DNA of 64,000 nt, from positions 2,874,497 through 2,938,496 of the forward strand of contig OZ257136.1 in assembly GCA_965278995.1 (NCBI GenBank). Direction: 5' to 3'. A program made the translations under genes and the position numbers. Of the stretch, positions 56,216-64,000 are shown piece after piece (position 1 is the first letter of the stretch; each line of letters opens with the position of its first letter). Origin of the DNA: Gammaproteobacteria bacterium (GTDB taxonomy: Bacteria > Pseudomonadota > Gammaproteobacteria > Ga0077536). The notes below the pieces were generated by a model that did not search any database, was not told the origin of the DNA, and saw nothing but the letters and a program-made list of their open reading frames with translations.

Positions 56216-56216
<1 letters not shown>
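55335..56216 (-). CDS. tadB: Type II secretion system F-domain pilus platform protein (TadB-like)
   Basis: It has a GspF-like domain and is coupled to the cpaF stop. Confidence 0.7.
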
Positions 56217-57961
<1,745 letters not shown>

Positions 57962-57973
57962 ACTGAATCCGCC

Positions 57974-59512
57974 TCAATCAAGCAACTTGAATGCATTACC
58001 GCGCATCGATTCGACGAATTCGCCGAGCTGCTTCTGCTCACGCTGGACGGCATCGACGTTCTCCTGATGTGCGGCGTCGTAGACCTGCGGCGTGACGAAT
58101 ATCACGAGATCGGTCTTGGAATCGCGAAACGCCCGCGACTTGAACAGGTGGCCGATGATCGGGATCGCGCTCAACCCTTTTAGTCCAGTCGTGTCGCGGC
58201 CGAGTTCGCGGTCGACCAGCCCCGACATGACCAATGTCTCGCCGGACTGGATCAGGATGTCGGCGTTCGTACGGCGGGTCAGGAAGCCAGGCGTATTGCC
58301 GACTGCGACGGACTGATCGACGGCGCTGATCTCGGTCTCGACCTTGGCCCGAATGTTGTCCTGCTTGTCGACCTCGGGCTTGATGTTGAGCAGGATACCG
58401 AACTGCTTGAACTCGATGGCAGCGCTGGTCGGCGTGACAATCTCGATCGGCACTTCGCCGCCGGCGAGGAAGCTCGCCTCACCGCCGCTCCGGGCGACCA
58501 GGCGCGGTTCGGCCAGGATCAGGGCATCGCCGGAACTGACCGCCAGATTGATCCGCGACGTGATTTCGGTGGCGATACCGAAATAGCCGAAGCTGGTGTC
58601 GGTTACTGCCGGATCGAGCACGGACAGCGAGTCCGGCGCATTGGCCCCGCCCAGCACGGTCACACCGTTGGTCCGCGAGCCACCGAAACCGGTTTCCGAT
58701 GACAGCGCCGCTGCCGGTCCGGCAAAACTGTTGCTCCAGTTGATGCCGAGATTGTCTGCCGCGCTTTTGTTGAATTCAGTGATCTTGATATGCATCAGGA
58801 CCATCTTGTCGTCGGGCAGATCGACGATGTCCTTACGGGTCAAATCCATCACTTCCTGATAGGCGCCCATGATCGTCGTGATGTTGTCGGCATAGGTGTT
58901 ATCGATAGTGCCAGTCAGCACGATACGGCTGCCGACAAGACGCACTTCAATGCCCTGGATATGCTGGACGAGCTGCTGGACCTCTGAAAGCTTCGTCGAC
59001 AATGACAGATCGAGAATTTCCGCATAGCCCGCTTTGACCTGCGCGACCAGCGCGCTGTAGCGTCCGTCGTACTGACCGGAAACGACTATCTTGTCACCGA
59101 CCACTGCGAGATCGATGCCGGGCACATGGCCAAGCAGTTTCTGCACCTGAGCGAATTTCTGCTGCAGTACCGCGCTGTTGACGGCCAGCGCATAGTCGGT
59201 CGGCTCGACGGTGAACTCGAGTTCACTCTCCTGACCGTTCTTCAACCATAGATGCAATTCGGTGACACCCGGTGCCTCGCCGAAAACCAGCAGCTGGCCG
59301 TTTTTCAGCAGCGATGTACTGATGACGGCGGCATTGCCGACAGCAACCCGATCGACATCGCCAGGTTGCAGGATGCGGATCTCGCCGACTTTCAAATTGG
59401 CCGCCAGGGCGTTCGCCCCGCACACCAGCAATATCGTTGCCCAGAGTATGGTCCGCAGCAGCGCGTTTCGCGTGCGATGACGCAAGTTCAGAGTATCCCT
59501 GGTGACCGCCAT
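57974..59512 (-). CDS. cpaC: Secretin (CpaC/RcpA family) with N-terminal BON-like repeats
   Basis: The secretin C-domain has AEPRLVARSGGEASFLAGGEVPI and GLSAIPIIGHLFKS. There is a signal peptide. Confidence 0.8.
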   Translation of the reverse strand: MAVTRDTLNLRHRTRNALLRTILWATILLVCGANALAANLKVGEIRILQPGDVDRVAVGNAAVISTSLLKNGQLLVFGEAPGVTELHLWLKNGQESELEFTVEPTDYALAVNSAVLQQKFAQVQKLLGHVPGIDLAVVGDKIVVSGQYDGRYSALVAQVKAGYAEILDLSLSTKLSEVQQLVQHIQGIEVRLVGSRIVLTGTIDNTYADNITTIMGAYQEVMDLTRKDIVDLPDDKMVLMHIKITEFNKSAADNLGINWSNSFAGPAAALSSETGFGGSRTNGVTVLGGANAPDSLSVLDPAVTDTSFGYFGIATEITSRINLAVSSGDALILAEPRLVARSGGEASFLAGGEVPIEIVTPTSAAIEFKQFGILLNIKPEVDKQDNIRAKVETEISAVDQSVAVGNTPGFLTRRTNADILIQSGETLVMSGLVDRELGRDTTGLKGLSAIPIIGHLFKSRAFRDSKTDLVIFVTPQVYDAAHQENVDAVQREQKQLGEFVESMRGNAFKLLD

Positions 59513-59547
59513 GTACTGATCCCCTCGCGTGCCGTGTTGTTTGTTGT

Positions 59548-59874
59548 TCATTGCAGTATCGGCAGACGGCCAACTTTGGCCGCACCATCCGCGCTGTTCC
59601 CGCCGGTAATCATCTCGATTGACGGTCCGGCCCGTACCCGCGGTGCCGGCGCAGTGCCGTCCGTCGGTGTGATGATGGCACCGCCGCTCGCAGACTCAGT
59701 GCCCGTGTCGGTGGCCGGCGACTGCGGCAGTTCCGCCGGGCTGGCCGCCGGTGCTTCATCGACTTTTCCGGCCGCCCCTGCGGACAACGCCATCGACCAG
59801 ACGCAGCCAAGCACAGCCCAGCGACACAGCGTCGATATCCGCCGCCGTGATCGATGAATTGCCATCGACTGCAT
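59548..59874 (-). CDS. Small secreted Pro/Ala-rich hypothetical protein between the cpaB-like and cpaC genes
   Basis: It is an ORF with a signal-peptide-like N-terminus; the call is weak. Confidence 0.3.
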   Translation of the reverse strand: MQSMAIHRSRRRISTLCRWAVLGCVWSMALSAGAAGKVDEAPAASPAELPQSPATDTGTESASGGAIITPTDGTAPAPRVRAGPSIEMITGGNSADGAAKVGRLPILQ

Positions 59875-59876
59875 CT

Positions 59877-61826
59877 TCAGTCGCTCGTCTTCAACGTCGT
59901 CGACTTGGCAACGCCATCGGTTGGCGAACCGCCGATGATGAGGTCAATCTTGCGCGCGCCGCCACCTATCGGCGTGCTAGCGGCGACGCTTGCAACCTGC
60001 GCTGCCGTCAGCGTGTGACCACTGCTGTCGACGACATTGCCGGCGGCATCGACTTTCAGTCCGGCCGAGGCGAGCTGTGCTTCACTCAGTACACCGTTCT
60101 TGGTCATGACCAGCGTTGCCGGGTTGACCACATTGCCGGCTTCGTCGACGACTTCACCATTGGCGTTCAAGGTCAAGCCCGCCGCCGCGAGCTGCTCCGC
60201 GTTGATCACTTTGCCGCTGGCATCGGTGACCAGAGTGGTGGGGTCGACGACCTTACCGCTGGCATCGACCAGTTCGCCTTTTTCGTTCATCGTCAGCCCG
60301 GCAGCCGCCAGCTGCGCGGGTGTCAGCAGTTCTCCGTTGGCAGTGACGACCAGCTTGTCGGGGTCGACGACATTGCCGGCTGCATCGACTATCTCGCCCT
60401 TGTCGTTGACGGTGAGGCCCGCTGCAGCGAGCTGTTCAGCCGTCAACAATCGGCCGTCGGCCGTCTTGATGAGCTTCGCCGTGTCGATGACCCTGCCGCT
60501 GGCATCGACGACTTCGCCGCGTTCGTTCACGCTCAATCCCGCCGCAGCCAGTTGCTGGCGAGTGACGATGTCGCCGTTTGCCGTCACGATGACATCTTCG
60601 GCCGAGACGATGTTGCCGTCCTTGTCGACGATTTGTCCGCTGGCATTGACGGTAAGGCCGGCTTTGGCCAGTTGTGCGCGATCGAGCACGCGACCATCGG
60701 CGGCGATGACGAGATTGGCCGGGTCGACAACCTTGCCATCCTTGTCGACAAGTTGCCCTTTGTCGTTGACCGTGAGGCCGGCTTTGGCCAGCTGCTCGCG
60801 GCTCATGATGCGATTGCCGTCGGCGTCGACGAGATTGCCGGCCTGGTCGACGCCGCTCGCAACGGCGACCCGGGTGCGGCGTTCGCCCTCGGCCTGGGCC
60901 ATGGTGAACGCATTACTGAAAAGATCCTGCGCAGACAGCGTCGAAAAGTCAGACAAGCCTTCGTCATTGCGATTGCGCAATAGTGCCAGCAAGTCGCCTT
61001 TGTCGAGTGCTGCGGTAACGAGTGCAGCCTCGCGCGGGCTGACGTCGAGTGTGATGGTGTTGTAGTTGCGTTCGGCACGCGGCTGCGGATAGTTCAGCGC
61101 ATCGAGTTCCTCGCGGTAAGGGTCACGCCCGGTGGCCAGCACACGCACACTCTGAAGCACCGGCAGAATGACATCCTTCGGCAGGGCATTCGCGACGAGC
61201 TGCTGGATCTCGGTATCGCCGGTATTGGCCCCGCGCGCCGCATCGAGCAGTGCACGTGGAATGGCATCACGTAGCTGGCTCGGGATCGCATCGACGAGAT
61301 CGGCGGTGATGAAGCCGGCCGAGAAGCCGGAGAAACCTGAGGGAATATTGACGAACAGATCGATGCGATTGCCGGGACGAATGAAGCCGGCGACGGAATT
61401 GATGTCATCGACCTGGACTGTCATCGCGCGTCGCCCGACCGGCACCGTATCGGAGAAATCGACCGGGAACCCGGTATCGAGATAGCTCTTCAGTATCGGT
61501 TTGCCCGCGCTGACATCAGCCTCGATGACCCGGCCGAGGTACTTTTCGAAATCGCCGGCAGGAACTGCATCGTTGGAGACGAATCCAGCCGGGATCTTGC
61601 GCTGAGACAGGACTTCGCGGCGCAACACGCTGCCTTTCGGGAGGTCGGTGCCGGCAACCAGTACGGTGACCTGCTTGCGGTCGGCACCGGCATATTTTTC
61701 GATCAACGCCGCTTTTTCGCTCTTCAAATAGACATACGAGAGCGCGGCCGCAACCAGCCCGAAAACGATAGCGCCAATCAGTAGCGGAATACCCAGTACG
61801 CTGCTGTTGTCTCGCGGCTCGGCCAT
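59877..61826 (-). CDS. cpaB: CpaB/RcpC-like pilus assembly protein (SAF domain) fused to about seven C-terminal ~40-aa tandem repeats
   Basis: The N-terminus has a transmembrane helix plus a CpaB-like region (RKQVTVLVAGTDLPKGSVL). The C-terminus has repeats of the form AEQLAAAGLTVNDKGEIVDAAGNVVDPDKLVVTANGELLT. Confidence 0.75.
   Translation of the reverse strand: MAEPRDNSSVLGIPLLIGAIVFGLVAAALSYVYLKSEKAALIEKYAGADRKQVTVLVAGTDLPKGSVLRREVLSQRKIPAGFVSNDAVPAGDFEKYLGRVIEADVSAGKPILKSYLDTGFPVDFSDTVPVGRRAMTVQVDDINSVAGFIRPGNRIDLFVNIPSGFSGFSAGFITADLVDAIPSQLRDAIPRALLDAARGANTGDTEIQQLVANALPKDVILPVLQSVRVLATGRDPYREELDALNYPQPRAERNYNTITLDVSPREAALVTAALDKGDLLALLRNRNDEGLSDFSTLSAQDLFSNAFTMAQAEGERRTRVAVASGVDQAGNLVDADGNRIMSREQLAKAGLTVNDKGQLVDKDGKVVDPANLVIAADGRVLDRAQLAKAGLTVNASGQIVDKDGNIVSAEDVIVTANGDIVTRQQLAAAGLSVNERGEVVDASGRVIDTAKLIKTADGRLLTAEQLAAAGLTVNDKGEIVDAAGNVVDPDKLVVTANGELLTPAQLAAAGLTMNEKGELVDASGKVVDPTTLVTDASGKVINAEQLAAAGLTLNANGEVVDEAGNVVNPATLVMTKNGVLSEAQLASAGLKVDAAGNVVDSSGHTLTAAQVASVAASTPIGGGARKIDLIIGGSPTDGVAKSTTLKTSD
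59990..60850. repeat. Imperfect 120-bp tandem repeat (about 7 units) inside the cpaB-like gene
   Basis: The motifs GGGTCGACGAC and GCCGCCAGCTG recur with a 120-bp period (e.g. 60121, 60241, 60361, 60481, 60601, 60721). Confidence 0.7.
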
Positions 61827-61914
61827 GCGTGATGCCCCCTGTCTAGCTGCATTTGTCTTTATTCATCATGGCGGTTATTCACACCGCCGGCGGCTCGTGC
61901 CGCACTATCCCTAT

Positions 61915-62313
61915 TCAGAATGGCGAGATTGCGTCCTGCGCCATCTGTGCGGCGATGTCCCCAAGATCTTCGAAACCGCCGAGCAATGAATCGATATCGC
62001 TGAATGCACTTTGCGCTGAAGTCAGCGGACTCAGCGCAGACGTCACCGCTTCCTGTACCGGGTCGACCGTCAGTCGCGCGAGAGTCTCCTCGTCGACTTC
62101 CGGATCGAGCGCGACATCGTTGATGTATTCGCGCAGTTCGGGCCCGGTATCGAAATCAGGCAGCGGCGACATCGAGAGCGAGTAGGAATAGCTGCGGTAA
62201 TTGTTCTTCAGGACGTCGGCCAGGGCCGCGATGACATCGCCACCCGGACCGAGCAGCGTCATCAGCCCGAAAGCGAGAATGACGGTGTACTCGACCATGG
62301 CCTGGCCGCGCAT
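61915..62313 (-). CDS. TadE-like/pilin-like protein
   Basis: The N-terminus AMVEYTVILAFGLMTLLG is TadE-like. Confidence 0.45.
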   Translation of the reverse strand: MRGQAMVEYTVILAFGLMTLLGPGGDVIAALADVLKNNYRSYSYSLSMSPLPDFDTGPELREYINDVALDPEVDEETLARLTVDPVQEAVTSALSPLTSAQSAFSDIDSLLGGFEDLGDIAAQMAQDAISPF

Positions 62314-62363
62314 GTTGCGCGCTCGATTGCTGTCAGCTGTAGCTCGTGTGGCCGTCACTTTGA

Positions 62364-63083
62364 TCACAGCAGGTCGTGTTCGATGGAGTTTACCACTATC
62401 TGCGAGCCACCACGATCCATCGATTGGATGGTGATGATGACCTGCTCGCGACCACGCGTAAAACTCAACGCGTGCAACTTCCCGTGGCCCATCGCCTGAT
62501 CGATATCTTTACGCCAGGCGGCATAGTGATTGCGATAGAACGTCACGTTGCTGTCGATCGAATTCGCATTGCTGAGCATCGCGGTGCTGGCCGACTTGCC
62601 CGGATCTTCACTCAGGACATTCGATTCGACAGTGGTATCACCCATCGATGGTGGTACCGGCGGTGTGGCCGGAGGCTCGCCCGGTTCAGGTAATCGGCCG
62701 AGCGCAAGATAACCGAAGCTGCCGCTACCTTTCGCAGGCTGCACCTGCACGGTCATCACGTAAGCGTCTTCGACACGCGTCAGCAGATGCCAGGGCGCAA
62801 TCGCGTCAGGTTCATAAGCGACACCGGGCGCACCGGGCACCGGCGGGTCTTTCCAGAGATCCTGATAGAACTGCACGACGTCATCGACGGAATCCTCGGT
62901 CACGAAACCGCGCACTGCCATCTGCCGGCCGAGGATGGTCATCGAATCGGAGATCTGACTCACAGTCGCGCCGTCCGGTGCCGGAAATTCAGGCGGACGT
63001 GCCTCGCTGCCGCCAGCAAAACAGCTTGCCAGCAGACTGAGAAACACGCCGGCGCGGCGACCACGTCGACGGCGTAACGGCAT
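62364..63083 (-). CDS. Hypothetical lipoprotein (lipobox LLASCFAG)
   Basis: It is an ORF with a signal peptide and a lipobox; the function is not assignable. Confidence 0.4.
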   Translation of the reverse strand: MPLRRRRGRRAGVFLSLLASCFAGGSEARPPEFPAPDGATVSQISDSMTILGRQMAVRGFVTEDSVDDVVQFYQDLWKDPPVPGAPGVAYEPDAIAPWHLLTRVEDAYVMTVQVQPAKGSGSFGYLALGRLPEPGEPPATPPVPPSMGDTTVESNVLSEDPGKSASTAMLSNANSIDSNVTFYRNHYAAWRKDIDQAMGHGKLHALSFTRGREQVIITIQSMDRGGSQIVVNSIEHDLL

Positions 63084-63088
63084 TGCGG

Positions 63089-64000
63089 TCACAGCGTACA
63101 CGGCGAATGCGACATCGGCGGGTCGAGTTCCTGCACGGCTTCTTCCCACACGCAGCGTCCGCTGTCATCGCAGACATGGTTGCCGAGGCGCGCTTCGGGA
63201 TCTTCGCCTTCGACCGAGAGCCGGTCGGGATGCACGACGTCGCCGTCGACATATCCCAGCCACAGATGACCTTCCGGTGCCGCCAGCGGCGATTTGACCA
63301 GCGGATCGGGTGGACCAGGCGGATCGCAGCGCGAAAGTTCCGGCGCGATGAAGCTGATCAGATCCCAGATCTCGCTCAAACCCGGCAGATTGAGCAGTTC
63401 GTTGACCAGGGTCGACGGCGTCGTGCCACCGACCTGCAAATAGGTATGCGCGGTGCCGCCAGCGTTCCAGCCGTCGGCGACGACGCCGGCCTTGGCGCCG
63501 AAAGCGAGCAGACTCTCGGTGGTATCGGGGCGCGTTGCCAGTGCATCGCGCAGCACCACGCCACCTTTGTAGACCGTTGCCATGGCGTCGAAATCGACGT
63601 GACTGTAGCCGTCGGTGTTCATCGCGCTGAACCCGGCACTGCCGGCGAACGGGTCGCCCGCGCCAGGCAGCGTCGAGCCGTCTGACTGGTTATTGCGCGA
63701 GAACGAATCGAGCAGATTGATGATGGCGCCGACTGCGTCGAAACCGATCTGCACGATATCGACAATCGTATTCAACCACGACCCGACATCGACGCCGAAA
63801 ATGGTGATGGTCGGCGTGTCGTCGTCGGTTTCGACGACCGTCATATCGAGCGAACCATCGAAAAACGGCAGACCACGATGATCGACCCAGCTTGCCCGCG
63901 GAACGTAAGGCGTGCCGGCATCCGTGGCCAGCAACACCGGGATCGCCGACGGCGAGCCGCTGCCGTCGTCGACTTCATTGCCGACATCGGACATCAAACG
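63089..64000 (-). CDS. Hypothetical protein, partial (it continues beyond the window end)
   Basis: The ORF runs off the window; it is Gly/Asp-rich with no recognised domain. Confidence 0.35.
   Translation of the reverse strand, partial: RLMSDVGNEVDDGSGSPSAIPVLLATDAGTPYVPRASWVDHRGLPFFDGSLDMTVVETDDDTPTITIFGVDVGSWLNTIVDIVQIGFDAVGAIINLLDSFSRNNQSDGSTLPGAGDPFAGSAGFSAMNTDGYSHVDFDAMATVYKGGVVLRDALATRPDTTESLLAFGAKAGVVADGWNAGGTAHTYLQVGGTTPSTLVNELLNLPGLSEIWDLISFIAPELSRCDPPGPPDPLVKSPLAAPEGHLWLGYVDGDVVHPDRLSVEGEDPEARLGNHVCDDSGRCVWEEAVQELDPPMSHSPCTL

Overview
This is a high-GC (~65%) proteobacterial chromosomal window, densely coded, with two low-GC islets at about 17.5-18.8 kb and 45.9-52.0 kb. I found no rRNA, tRNA or CRISPR. 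Several long ORFs in the track are antisense artefacts of the high GC and are listed under rejected items.

Coding content, in order:
- Housekeeping and accessory metabolism: a Nu-class GST (YfcG-like), Hsp33, a PhyH-type dioxygenase, an acyl-CoA synthetase, a JmjC cupin, an amidohydrolase, a GNAT acetyltransferase, a Cu+ P-type ATPase, a cytochrome P450 and an aminotransferase.
- Five secreted proteins carrying a PEP-CTERM-like sorting tag of the variant form VP[VL]P. One of them heads a five-gene operon (PPC-domain protein, PpiC-like membrane protein, HupE/UreJ-like protein, Fe(II)/2OG oxygenase, fused MFS/spermidine-synthase protein).
- A large secreted PHP-domain protein.
- A BlaI/BlaR1-like regulator pair divergent from a TonB-dependent receptor.
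- A catabolic cluster: a Zn-ribbon small protein, hydantoinase A and hydantoinase B (acetone-carboxylase-like), a TPP-dependent enzyme, two LLM flavin oxidoreductases, an alpha/beta hydrolase and a GFA-family protein.
- A PAS-GGDEF-EAL protein and an SDR reductase.

The most distinctive region is an integron-type gene-cassette array with no integrase (CALIN-like), spanning about 45.9-51.45 kb. It has at least five attC sites of a shared ~68-bp family. Its cassettes read on the minus strand and include a class D (OXA-type) beta-lactamase, two BrnT/BrnA toxin-antitoxin pairs, a DUF433/DUF5615 toxin-antitoxin-like pair and a small DMT-family membrane protein. An attC-targeting IS110-family (IS1111-group) insertion sequence splits one attC.

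A ~80-bp palindromic MITE-like element occurs three times, once directly abutting the terminal attC.

The last 11 kb hold a Tad/Flp-like pilus locus. Its CpaF ATPase carries an N-terminal FHA domain, no TadZ/CpaE is present, and its CpaB carries about seven C-terminal ~40-aa tandem repeats (120-bp DNA period).

Other items: a Fur-box-like site at the left edge, an orphan higA with a frameshifted higB remnant, and several candidate operator repeats.
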